64,000 nt of DNA from an uncultured Acidobacteriota bacterium (GTDB lineage Bacteria > Acidobacteriota > Thermoanaerobaculia > Gp7-AA8). The stretch lies in the NCBI GenBank assembly GCA_963822445.1, contig CAWGHO010000001.1:736001-800000 (forward strand), read 5' to 3'. Made by a program: the position numbers and the translations under genes. Positions 18,889 through 30,169 of this stretch are shown here, in pieces. Numbering within the stretch: the first letter of the stretch is position 1; each line of letters begins with the position of its first letter. Under the pieces are notes generated by a model, which saw nothing but the letters and a program-made list of their open reading frames with translations, was not told where the DNA came from and made no database searches.

Positions 18889-18965
18889 GGTTTCGGGGTT
18901 ACGAGGTTACGGGGTTTCGGGGGGAAAGCCACCTCGGAACCCCGTAACCTCGCAACCCCGAAACC
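18889..18965. repeat. Inverted short tandem repeat element, 8-mer GGTT(A/T)CG(G/A) x4 plus inverted x4
   Basis: ggtttcgg ggttacga ggttacgg ggtttcgg ... tcggaacc ccgtaacc tcgcaacc ccgaaacc. Confidence 0.85.
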
Positions 18966-18966
18966 A

Positions 18967-20670
18967 TCACGACACAACGACCCGCCGGGACCGCGACTGC
19001 TCGACCTCGGCGTCCCCCGTCGACAACTCCTCCTGCGGGTGCGCGAAGTAGTAGCCCTGCAGGAGGTCGATGCCGAGGTCGCGGCAGGTCTGGTACTCCT
19101 CCTCGGTCTCGATCCCTTCGGCGAGCGTCTTCGCGCCGACCTTGTTGCCGAGATCGACCAGCATCTTCACGAGGTCCTGCTTGATCGGCTCGTCGGCGAG
19201 CGTGGAGACGAGGCTCTTGGTGATCTTCAGGTAGTCGGGCGACAGGGCGGCGATCGCTTCGAGCGACGCGTATCCCGAGCCGGCGTCGTCGATGGCCATC
19301 TCGATGCCCTTGGCGCGGAACTCCGCAAGCAGCTCGCGGAACACGGCGTAGTCCTCGATCGCGGCGCGCTCGGTCAGCTCGAAGACGAAGTGGCCGCTGT
19401 GCTCCGCGAAGAACGACACCATCTCGTGAATGCGGAACTCCGACTCCCCGAACATCTCCGCCTCGAGATTGAGCAGGAACTTGCGATCGAGCAGATCGAC
19501 CTGCCGCAGCCGCTTCAGCGCCCCTTCCAGCGCGATCGCCTCGAGCGCCCAGGCCAGTTTGGCCTCGCGGGCGAAGGAGAAGAGCATGTCCGAGTTGCGG
19601 AACGACGAGTTGGCGGGGCCGCGCGTGAGGATCTCGTAGCCGAAGACCGCAAGGTTGTGCGCCCAGACGATCGGCTGGAAGAGCGTGGTTACGCGCTTGC
19701 GGCGGATGATGTCGCGCAGCTCGCGGATGAGCTGCTTCTTGCGCTGCTGCTCCGCGTCACGCACCGCGTCCGCGGCGGTCTGCATCCCCGTGTAGACCTG
19801 GCGCTCCAGACGGATCTGCGGGCGGTAGTCGATGCGCGCCGAGCCGACGAAGAAGCCGATCTGGCCGGCGTGCAGATTGGGGAAGCGCTGCCGCGTCGAG
19901 TCGATGAGCTTCTGCCGCAGGTCGTTGGCGACCTTCTCGGAGGCGTTCTCCGCCGACTAGGTCCTGTCCGCGGGTCTCGTGAGAAAACGTAAAAGCTCGA
20001 GCCGCCCGTGCGATGGCAGGTCACGATCGCGTTGTGAAACCGCATCGTCGCCTCGGCCGAAATGATCTGGCCGACGTGGCAGAGCAATTCGTCGAAGAAC
20101 GCCCAGCCGTACTCCGCCTCGATCGCCTTCGAACTGCTCGATGTCGATGAAGACGATGCCGATCTCCCCCTGATCGATGAGGATCTCTTTGACGCGATCG
20201 AGCACGATCGGAAGCGTGGGGAGGGCGGTGGCGCGGTCGAGCAGCATCGACTCGAGCGCCGTGCGGCCGGCCTGCACTTCTTCGCTGCGATCTTCGTGGA
20301 CGCGCGCGAGCACGGTCTGCACGCGCTTGAGGACCTCGTCGCGATCGAACGGCTTGACCAGATAGTCGTCGGCGCCGACCTGCAGACCGGTCAGACGGTC
20401 CTTCACGTCGCCGCGGCCGGTGACGAGGATGACGCCGATGTGCGAGGTGCGCTGGACGGTCTTGAGGGCCTGGCAGACTTCCCAGCCGCTTCGCTTCGGC
20501 ATCATGACGTCGAGCAGCACGACGTCGGGAAGGCGCGTCTGGGCGAGGGCCAGTGCTTCCTCGCCGTCGCGCGCGAGCAGGATCTCGCAGTCCAGCGGCC
20601 GGAGAAACATCCGCAGCAGAAGGGCAACTTCTTCGTCATCGTCGGCAATGAGCACGACCGGCGCGGACAT
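18967..20670 (-). CDS. Response regulator with REC, degenerate GGDEF-like and EAL domains (two or more apparent frameshifts near 19.98-20.13 kb)
   Basis: REC: VLIADDD, LLDVMMP, YLVKPF; EAL: FQPIV, YEILTR, FELTE, IDDAGSGYAS, AEGIE, QGYYF. Confidence 0.8.
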
Positions 20671-20769
20671 ACGTTGACTGGGGATGATTGCGGAAAACAG
20701 GCCATCTGTCATCCCGAACCGGGTGTGCTAACGTTGCCGGCTCCCCGGTCGGCGGGGAGAGAGCAGGCA

Positions 20770-22189
20770 ATGATCAGATTCGGGACCTCCGGGTGGCGCG
20801 GCATCATCGGCGAGGACTTCACGTTCGAGAACGTCCGCATCGCCAGCCAGGGCATCGCCAACTACCTCAAGAAAAGCGGCCAGAAGGGATCGGGCGTCAT
20901 CGTCGCGTACGACACGCGCTTCCTCTCCGAGAAGTTCGCGTCCGAGGCGGCGAAGATCCTGGCCTTCAACGACATCAAGGCCTTCCTCTGTACGCGCGAC
21001 GTCCCCACGCCGTGCGCCTCGTTCGAAACGGTCCGGCGCCGCGCCATGGGCGCGATCAACTTCACCGCCTCGCACAATCCTCCCGAATACAACGGCCTGA
21101 AGTTCTCGACGCTCGAACGGCGCGCCGGCGCTCCCCGAGATCACCGAAGCAGATCGAGCGCGAGATCCACGCCGTCCAGCAGAAGAACGAGCGCCTCGAC
21201 GTCTACGAGAAAACGGAGCTGATCGAAGAGATCGACCCGAAAGACCGCTACCTCACCGAGCTGCGGTCAGAAGGTCGACGTCGACGCCATCCGCAAGTCC
21301 GGGCTGCGCATCGCCATCGACTCGCTGTACGGCACCTCGCGCGACTACCTCGACTACTTCCTGCTCGAGGCGGGCATCGAGGTGAAGACCATCCACAACT
21401 ATCGCGACCCCTACTTCGGCGGATTCTCGCCGGAGTGCAGCGAGAAGAATCTCGGCGAGCTGCGCAAGGTCGTCGACCGAGGAGAAATTCGACCTGGGCC
21501 TGGCCACGGACGGCGACGCCGACCGCTTCGGCATCATCGACGACCGCAATCGCTTCGTCGCCGCCGAACACGATCCTCGCTCTGCTCGCGGTGTACCTGA
21601 AGCGCGATCGCAACATCCCGGGCGGCCTGGCGCGCTCCGTGGCGACGACGCACCTCATCGACGCGATCGCCAGAAGCTCGACGTCCCGCTGTACGAGACG
21701 CCGGTCGGCTTCAAGTACATCGGCGAGCTGATTCTCGACAGACAAGATCGCCCTCGGCGGCGAGGAATCGGCCGGCATGTCGATGTACCGCCATCTGCCG
21801 GAGAAAGACGGCATCCTGGCCTGCCTGCTCGTGGCGGAGATGGTCGCGCGCACGCGGCAAGAAGATCAGCGAGCTCATCGACGAGATGCACGCGGAGTTC
21901 GGCTACTTCTACTCGAAGCGCGTCGACCTCAAGCTCACGCCGCAACTGAAGGAATCGCTGGCCGACGAAACTGGCCAATCCGCCCAAACAGCTCGACGGC
22001 ATGGCAAGTCCGCGAGCGTGAACACGACCGACGGCGTGAAGCTGATCTTCGACGATAACACCTGGCTGCTGTTCCGCCTCTCGGGCACCGAGCCGGTGGC
22101 GCGCATGTACGCCGAGGCGTGCAGCGCCGAAGGACCTGAAGCACTTGCTCGACGTCGGGCCGGAAGTTCGTCGCGCCGTCACGCACTGA
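20770..22189 (+). CDS. Phosphoglucomutase/phosphomannomutase family protein (several apparent frameshifts)
   Basis: MIRFGTSGWRG, TASHNPPEYNGLK, ATDGDADRFG, ALGGEESAG, KDGI, LFRLSGTEP spread over frames. Confidence 0.88.
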
Positions 22190-22194
22190 GACGC

Positions 22195-22540
22195 ATGAAC
22201 TATCCGTTTCGAAAAGCTCTTCCTCGTCTGCACCGGTGCGCGCTGCAACGACGAGAAGCATGGCGAGGAGCGCGGGGAATGCATCCGCGAAGAGCTGAAG
22301 GGCCACAACAAGAAGCTGGGCCGCAAGCCGACCGTGCGGGTCTGCGCCGTCTCCTGCCTCGACCTCTGCGATCACGGCCCGAACATGGTGGTCGACGGCA
22401 CGGTTTACTCGCATCTGAACATCGAGAAAGCACGCGCGGCATACGCGGGCGTGATGGGCGACGGGCCGCCGCGGCCTGATCTCGAGCTCGATCGCGCCGA
22501 GTTCGAAGCCGGTACATCCGCGGCCGTGAAGCGGACGTAA
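22195..22540 (+). CDS. Thioredoxin-like [2Fe-2S] ferredoxin (apparent frameshift near 5' end)
   Basis: FLVCTGARC ... SCLDLCDHGPNMVV motif. Confidence 0.75.
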
Positions 22541-22547
22541 GCGAGTC

Positions 22548-23122
22548 ATGCGACCGTATCTGGTTCTGATCGCGCTCGTTTCCTTCCGCCTCTCCGCGCA
22601 AACCTTCGTCGCTTTTCCGTTCACGCCGTTGGCGGCCAGAGCCTGAAGACCTGGCACGGCCAGGCCGACGTGCAGTGCGCTGAACATCGAGATCAGCGCG
22701 CATTGAGCCGCGAGACGGAACTCGCGTCGTGTTTCGCCGATGTACGATCCGCCAGCCGCGGAGCTGGTTCGGCGATCAGTTCGGCGACGGCAACGAGAGC
22801 GTGTCGGCGCTATCGGCGGTCGCTGCTCCTGCGCCGCCGTTTCTTCGAGCCGTCGACTCGCGCGGCAGTTCTACGGCGAGGTCGGCACGGGACCGATGTG
22901 GGCCAGAAGGCCGAGTTCCCGCGTCCACGTCGCGCTTCAACTTCATCAGCCAGGTCGGTGCGGGAGTGGTGCTGCTGCCGCAGAGTCGCACACCCATCGT
23001 GCTCGGCTACCGCTTCGGCCACATCTCGAACGGCGGCTACTCGCCGCGGAATCCCGGGATTGAACGTCTCGTCGCTGGTGATCGGGACGCGCTTCAGAAG
23101 CGCCACGTCGCGCCGCCGCTGA
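22548..23122 (+). CDS. PagL-like lipid A 3-O-deacylase/acyloxyacyl hydrolase (frameshifted)
   Basis: Signal peptide; FNFISQVGAG ... GYRFGHISNGG ... NPGLN catalytic-type motif. Confidence 0.7.
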
Positions 23123-23698
23123 CGATCATCGGATCGAACGAGACGCCGAGGGCAGCACGACCCCGGACGTTCGTCGCGGATGATCTCCGTCTCCGCCTCG
23201 AGCGGCATGTACGACAACGCCGAGCTCGAGGAAGATCCGCGGCCAGAACCGATAGCGCAGGCCGGCCTCGACCGAGGAAGGTCGTCTCGTTGTCGAAGGT
23301 CCATCGGATGTCGTCGCCGAATTGATCGTCGAGATTGCCGATGACGACCAACGCCGCGCCGCCGCCCGCGAACGCGCTAAGCTTCGATTGCGGCCGGAAG
23401 TGGTAGCGCGCGCTCACGGAGTAGATGTCGAGACCGAGCGTGCCAGGTCGATGGCTCGGCGTTCTCGGGCCGGAGAATGGCCACGGGATTCGATGAACGT
23501 CGCCGGCGAGCTGCGTCGAGAAGCGTCGCGTCCAGAAGACCTCCGCCGGTCGCCGAGAAGCCGCGGCTCGTGCGGATGTCGAGCGCGCCGCCGTCGAATC
23601 GCCTCGCGGTCATCAGGACGAGATGGCGCACGCCGAGCTCGAAATCGGCGGCAGGCAGCCGCCGAACCACGAGCGAGGCAGGATGAGAACAGCCGCAT
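23094..23698 (-). CDS. OmpW-like small outer-membrane beta-barrel (frameshifted)
   Basis: SARYHF, AFAGGGAAL, FDPMIVSGGATWRF terminal strand. Confidence 0.6.
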
Positions 23699-23699
23699 T

Positions 23700-24628
23700 T
23701 CATTCGAACAGTGTATCCACGTACGCCTGGGGGTCGAAGGGGATCAGATCGTCCGCCGCCTCGCCGACCCCGACGAATTTCACCGGAATGTCGAACTGCC
23801 GCATGATCGAGAGGATCACGCCGCCCTTGGCCGTGCCGTCGAGCTTCGTCACCACCATCCCCGTGACCTTCGCCGCCTCCAGGAACGCCGCGGCCTGACT
23901 GACGCCGTTCTGGCCGGTCGTGCCGTCGAGAACGAGCAGCGTCTCGTGCGGCGCGCCCGGGCGGTCCTTGTCGATCACGCGATGGATCTTGGAGAGCTCC
24001 TGCATGAGGTGCGATTTGTTGTGCAGGCGGCCGGCGGTGTCGATGATGACCACGTCCGCGCCGCGCGATTTCGCGGCCGCGACGGCATCGTGCGCGACGG
24101 CGGCCGGATCGGAGCCGGCCTTGTGCTTCACGAGCGGCACGCCGATGCGGTCGGCCCACATCTGCAACTGCTCGATCGCCGCGGCGCGGAACGTGTCCGC
24201 CGCGCCGAGGACCACGCTCTTGCCTTCGTTCTTCCAGCGCTGCGCGAGCTTGGCGATGGTGGTGGTCTTGCCGGTGCCGTTCACGCCGACGACGAGGATC
24301 ACGAACGGCTTGGCGTCGCGAGATGTCGATCGTCGCGGCCTGCCGCTGCGGGATGAGCGCGCGCGTCTCCTCGCGGACGACCTCGCGTGAGGCGGTCCAT
24401 CGTCGTGATCTGCTCGTCGCGAACGCGCGCTCCACGCGCTCGACGAGCGCCATGGTCAGCTCCGCGCCGACGTCGGCGCCGAGGAGCCCTTCTTCCAGCC
24501 CGTCGATGGCGGACTTGATCGATCGGAAGATCGGGAGTCAGCGACTCCTTCACCTTCTCGATGATCTCGGTGTGGGTCATGAACAAGCCGCGTTTCAGCT
24601 TGTCGAAGAGGGATTTGTTGGTTCGCAT
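23700..24628 (-). CDS. ftsY: Signal recognition particle receptor FtsY (frameshifted in 5' part)
   Basis: [52 protein letters not shown]. Confidence 0.93.
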
Positions 24629-24654
24629 TGGTTTCGGCAGTCTCAAGTCGAGTC

Positions 24655-25744
24655 TCAGGACGGGTCTCCTTGTTCGCGGGCGGCGATGGCGATCTTCGCT
24701 CTGCACCATGTCCCTCGTCGATGGTCAGCGCACCATCTCCTCGTCACGTCGCCGGCATGCGGCTCGAACTCGAGGTCGCGGATGATGCGGCGGTAGGTCT
24801 CGCGCAGGGCGCGGGCGCCGAGGCGGTTCTGGCGCGAGGCGTCCCAGGCGATGGCGATCAGCGCACCGCGGGTGATCTGCAGATCGATGCCGAAGCGGCG
24901 GAAGTAGTCGCGCGACGTGCGGAAGATCGAGCCTTCCGGCTCGACGAAGATCCTCGCCAGGTCCGCTTCGCCGAGGTCATTCAGCACCACGATCGACTCG
25001 AAGCGGGAGACGAACTGCGGCGTCATGCCGTAGCGGAAAAGGTCGTCGTACTTGAGGTAATCGCCGAGGTGGAACGGCAACTCCTCGCGCACTTCGCCCG
25101 ACGCCGAGACGACGACGACCGGCTTCATCGGCACGACGTCCTGCCCGATCGTGGCGCGGCGCAGCACGCTTTCGTAGAGCTCTTCGAACGCGCCGCCGGC
25201 GACGAAGAGGATGTGCGAGGAGTTGATGACGAACGTCCAGCCGTCGGCCTCGAACTCGACGTTCTCGTTCTCCATCAGCGTCAGCAGCGCTTCCTGGGCC
25301 ACGATGCCGCGCACGTTCGGCTCGCCGCTGACGTTCGCGCGGATCTTGTCCACCTCGTCGATGAAGACGATGCCGCGCTCGACGGCGCGAATGATCTCGT
25401 CCGGCGTCGCGCCCGGCCGAGCGTCTTCTTGCGCGTTCTGCGTAGAGGCGGCCGAGGACGACCTTGCCGTAGCCCTGGCGCTCCTCGGCCAGCACGTTCG
25501 CGTTGAGGCGGACGACGTTCGCGTAATCGCGCAGGCTCCGGGTCGTGGCGAGGAACTGCTCGACCGCGCGCATGAGCGTGGTCTTGCCCGAGCCCGAGTT
25601 GCCGATCAGGAGGATGTTCGGCGCCGGATGCCCGACCAGGTGCTTGACCAGCGCGACCGAGATCTCGCGGATGGCGTCGTCCTGCCCGACGACGGACTTG
25701 CGCAGCTCCTCGAAGATGTCCTTCGGGCGGAGGGGGAAATCCAT
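24655..25744 (-). CDS. ClpX/HslU-like AAA+ ATPase lacking the N-terminal Zn finger (frameshifted)
   Basis: VVGQDDA, GNSGSGKT, IVFIDEVDKI, AQEALLTLME, LFVAGGAF, YGMTPQFVSRF, LGARALR. Confidence 0.8.
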
Positions 25745-25821
25745 GAAATGCAGGATGCAGAATGCAGAATGCAGAAGCAACCCCTCGGCGCTCTGCATTC
25801 TGCGTTCTGCATCTGCATTTC
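25745..25821. repeat. Inverted short tandem repeat element, 7-mer ATGCAGA x4 plus inverted x4
   Basis: atgcagg atgcaga atgcaga atgcaga ... tctgcat tctgcgt tctgcat ctgcat. Confidence 0.85.
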
Positions 25822-25822
25822 G

Positions 25823-26440
25823 TCAGGTCACAAACGAAAATCCCACCGCCACGAGCAGCACGACGAGCACCGCCACCGCCACCCACATCGCCTGCACGGT
25901 CGGCCGGTGCATGTTCACCGTCTCGCGGCGCTCGCCGAGGAGGTACTGGAGGTATTCGACGCGGGGGTTGATCACGCCGACCTTGTCCTCCAGGTTCGGG
26001 TAGACACCTGGTTGATGCCGGGGACGATCATCACGGGGATGAACGTCGCGCCGCCGGTGCGGGTGATGTAGTCGGTGAGCGGTCTCGTTGTGGGGAACGT
26101 CGCTGGTCGTCGACCAGGCAGTGATAGACCGTCGTGGCCTGCAGGACCGACAGCGCTTTCTGCACGGGGTCTTCGCGCCGTAGGTCTGCACGACCGACTC
26201 CGAGGTCTGGCGCAGCATGCGCTCGTTGAGGTCCGGGACGCGGGTGAAGATGAAGACCGTCTCGCCTTTCGTCAGCGGAAGCTTCTCCGGGCGGCGGTAG
26301 ATGATCTCTCCGTACTCGTCCCACCACTCGGGACCCTGTTCGGTGGTGAATCCCTCTTCGGCGAGGCGATCCATCAGACGAAGGACGGGATCGCTCCCCT
26401 CCGGCGACTCGATCGGCTTCTCAGCTTTGAGCTCTTGCAT
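25823..26440 (-). CDS. Hypothetical protein with C-terminal transmembrane helix (likely frameshifted mid-gene)
   Basis: ORF track; protein-like N- and C-termini; C-terminal AMWVAVAVLVVLLVAVGF. Confidence 0.55.
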   Translation of the reverse strand: MQELKAEKPIESPEGSDPVLRLMDRLAEEGFTTEQGPEWWDEYGEIIYRRPEKLPLTKGETVFIFTRVPDLNERMLRQTSESVVQTYGAKTPCRKRCRSCRPRRSITAWSTTSDVPHNETAHRLHHPHRRRDVHPRDDRPRHQPGVYPNLEDKVGVINPRVEYLQYLLGERRETVNMHRPTVQAMWVAVAVLVVLLVAVGFSFVT

Positions 26441-26792
26441 ATTTGTTGACGAGGCGAATCAGGTCCTCGAATTCAAAAGGTTTGCCCATGTAGTCGTCGG
26501 CGCCGCAAACGCGCGCCTTCTCGGCGATGTCGCGGTCGCCGGAGACGACGACGTACGGGATGTTCTTCGTTTCGGGCGTCGATTTGAGCGTGCTGCACAA
26601 CTGCTCGCCGCCCATCCCCTTGATGGTCAGGTCGGCGAAGATCATCGCCGGCTTGCACTTCATGCGCGCGGTCGAGCGCGGCTCTGGCCGTCGGCCACGA
26701 CGCTGCGACTCGTAGCCGTTGCGCTGCAGGACCAGCGAGATCAGCCGCGCGACCTGCGGGTCATCTTCGACGACGAGGATCACAATGCGCAT
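26421..26792 (-). CDS. Single-domain response regulator
   Basis: ILVVEDD, IFADL, VVSG, YMGKPF. Confidence 0.8.
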   Translation of the reverse strand: MRIVILVVEDDPQVARLISLVLQRNGYESQRRGRRPEPRSTARMKCKPAMIFADLTIKGMGGEQLCSTLKSTPETKNIPYVVVSGDRDIAEKARVCGADDYMGKPFEFEDLIRLVNKYARAQS

Positions 26793-26794
26793 CC

Positions 26795-27281
26795 TCAGAA
26801 ATCGAAGCGCACCCGCACGCCCTTGCGCGCGTGACCCAGCGCCGCGCCGGCGAGCGCGCCGAGCGCCGTTGGCGATCGTGTCCGGCAGCGACGGTGACGC
26901 GCGTCGGCAGGTAACTGCTGCCAGAGTACATGGCCCGGCGAAGACGAGCGCCGCCACGAAGGTGATCGTGTAGGTGCGAGCCCGCGGACGCGAGCGGCGA
27001 GTCGAGCGCGACGAACGCCAGAAAGCCCCACGGAACGAAGAGGAGCATGTTCGCGATGGCCGGCATCAGCGAAGGCCAGCAGTGCGTCGCGCGAGACGGG
27101 CCCGCGTCGACCCGAGCCGAGGACGCGCGCCAGGATGTCGCGGACCGGATGGGCGTCCGGCGGCGTAGGCCTTCCCCGAGAGGAAGTAGAGCAGCGAGGC
27201 CATGGCGACGGTGGTCAGCACGAGCAGGGCGAAGGTCACGCCCTTGCGCACCACGATCACGTGAACCTGCCGTTTTCCCAT
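26795..27281 (-). CDS. VanZ family membrane protein (frameshifted)
   Basis: N-terminal TM helix; IANMLLFVPWGFL; TRVT..D.IAN pattern across frames. Confidence 0.65.
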
Positions 27282-27449
27282 GGCCCGGGATTATGCGACG
27301 CATCGTCTCGCGACCGATTGCCAGTTTCATGCACGACTCGGAAGTCGCTAAAATCTCAATAACTTGCACCTATCCCCCTCGGTCCACATCGCCCCGTATC
27401 GATAGATCGCCGCCACCGTTGCCGAACGCCTCCTCGCCGCGCGCGGGAA

Positions 27450-30169
27450 ATGACGTTCTGCGCCCCTGGGCAGAGGAGGTGATCGTGCCGTCGCGGGGGA
27501 TGGCCGAGGCGATCACCGCGGAGGTGCTGGCGCGGGTTCCGGACGGGGTTGCGGCGTTGCAGATCCGTTTCATCGACGAGCTCGCGCGCGCCGTCGTCAA
27601 CGCTTCCGGGGCAATTCCGCGCGTGGCCACGGACATCGAGCGCCGTCTGGCGATGCGCATGGCCATGCGCAACGTCGACCATCCGCTGATGGAAGGGCCG
27701 CGGCGTCGCGGCGATGCTCGAACGGTCCTATCGCGACGTTCGGGACAGCGGCCTGACCCTGCGACCGAGTTCGCGCTCCCGTGCAAAGAGCGGCACGCGC
27801 ATCAAGGTCGTCATCCGGCGCGCCTGGACGCGAGTACGAGCGTTTGATCGCGTCGTTCGGGGCGATCGATCGCGGCAGATCTGCTCTGCGCGGGCTTCTC
27901 GCCGCGGAGTGAAGCCGCAGTTGCTGGCCGGCTTCTACGACATGACCGGAGCGCAGCTGGCGTTTGTGAAGTCGTTTCGCCGCTGGCGGCGGATTTGCGT
28001 GCCGACGGACATGCCGTTTGCTGAGAGGTTCTCTGTTCGGAGTGCGGCGGCTCTGCCGACCGCTTTCGAAAGCGGCGGCAGAGCCACCGCACTCCAAATC
28101 GGCATTACGATACTCGCTACTCATGAGCTGCGCGAGCGTCTGCGCCGAGGTCGCGAGCTCTCGAGCAACCACGGGCGAGACGAGATCGGCATCGTCGCCC
28201 GCTCCTTCGACCATACGACGCAAACCTCCTGAACCGCTTCGCCGAGGAAACGGCTTCGCGACCACGCTGAAGGAAGAGACCCGCTCTCCGCGCATCGCAT
28301 CGGCCGCGGCGGCACTCAACCTGCTCCGACTGACGAGATCGCGGTTTCCTGCGCGGCGAGGTGCTGGAGCTCGTTCGCGACGGCCTGCATCTGCGCACGC
28401 AACTCGAGCGTCGATGACGTCGACGTGGCCACGCGCCGCGCACCGCATCGCCGGCGGCACGTCCGAGGAGCTGCGCCGTGCTCCGCAATCGCTCCCGAGC
28501 CATCGACGACTACATCGCCCTGGTCGAGGAGCTCGAAGACGCTGACCGCCGACACTCGACCTCGACCCGCCTGGGCAGCCTCGTTCCGCATCGAGACGCG
28601 AGCGAAGATCTCGCCGCCGCGGAGAAGCCTCGACGAGATCGCCGCGGTCTTCGATCCGCGCGAACGCCGCTCTCGCGACACGGACGTCAGCTCATCGACG
28701 CCATCGAACAGGCAACGATCCCCGCCCGCTGACGCACTGCGCCACTGCGCCGCTGATCTGGGCCGGCGAGCGTGCTCCGCTTCCGCGGCCGCACGTTCAC
28801 GCATCTCTTCGTCGTCGCGCATGCAGGACGACGTCTTCCCGCAGCGCCGCACCGAAGACCCGCTGCTCCCCGACTCCGACCGCGCCCTCCTCGGCGTCCG
28901 CGAGATCGGCGACGGCGAGGCGACGAGGAGCGGCTGCTCTTTCGCTGCTCGCTCGATGCCGCGCCGACACGTGCACTTCTACGTACGCGACGGGGGACGG
29001 GTTCGGGAAGGTGTTGCGGGCGTCGCGGTACTTGAGAGCCGTCACCGGTGGAGCGGCGGGCCGCAGCCACGGCCGCGCGATCGACTGCGCGGCCGGCGCT
29101 ACAGCGCCGCCAACTCCAACTCCTGCGCAAAGTCCGGCACGCACGTCGAGTCTTCGACGGCTACATCGGCCCGCCTCGCCGCGAGCGTCGAACCGCAAGC
29201 TGCGCGTCTCCCCCACCCAGCTCGAGGACTTCGGCGAGTGTCCGCAGAAGTTCCTCCTCAAGCACATCCTCGGCGTGACAGACATCGACCACCCCGAGCG
29301 CGAGATGCAGATCCATCAGCGCGACAAGGGCACGCTCGACCACCGCGTGCTCGAACGCTTCTACCGCGGCCTGACAGATGAGGATCGCGCCGCGGCGACG
29401 CTTTCCTTGCCGCGTCTTCCCGAACACTCGAGCAGCGCCTCGACCAGCTCATCGACGAGGAGTTCGACAATCACGAGACCGACGTCCCCGCGTTCAACCA
29501 GCACCATTCGCGGCATCGAGCGGCGCGCGACGAAGCGCATGCTGCGCGAGTTCGTGATCGCCGACCTCGCCGATCTCGAGGCGCAACGAGCTCGCGCCGC
29601 AGCCACTTCGAGTACCGCTTCGGCAGCGAAGTCTCGAAGCGGCGCGCCGAACCATCCGTCCAGCCGTTCATCGTCGAGCGCGGCGGCGTGGCCGTGCGCG
29701 TCGAGGGGACGATCGACCGCATCGACGTCGGCCGGACGCGCTTCCGCATCGTCGACTACAAGTCCGGCAAGGCCCTGCGCCACGACAACCTCGCCGAGAA
29801 GATCGATCGCGGCGTGCGGCTGCAGCTCGCGCTCTACGCCATGGCCGTGCGCTCGAGATCTTCGGCGTCGACCCGGCGCACGTCAGCGGCGACGATCAAG
29901 CCGATCGTCATGGGCGAACTCAAGCCGGAGAAGTTCGCCTTCGCGCTGCACGAAAAACAGCGACGCGCTGCTCGAGACGCTCGGAGATCTTCACGCGCGC
30001 CATCCTCGACCGGCCGCTTCCCCGCCTTCCCGAACGAGAACGACCGAGTTCAACTCCTGCAAGTACTGCCCGGTGAACCACTCCTGCCGGACGAAGCACG
30101 ACCTCGACGAGCGCTACGCCGTCCAGCAGCAAAGGACCCGCGCACGCTCCTCGGCGGCGGCGCGCGTGA
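27450..30169 (+). CDS. addB: AddB/RexB-like PD-(D/E)XK nuclease subunit (many frameshifts; start approximate)
   Basis: RGRTFTHLF, SPTQLEDFGECPQKF, KGTLDHRVLE, EGTIDRID, IVDYKSG, LQLALY, CKYCPVNHSC (Fe-S staple Cys). Confidence 0.75.
28039..28095. repeat. REP-like palindrome (GGAGTGCGG...AAAGCGG family) inside addB
   Basis: ggagtgcggcggctctgccg(a)ccgcttt-cg-aaagcggcggcagagccaccgcactcc; same family as 38508-38595. Confidence 0.75.
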
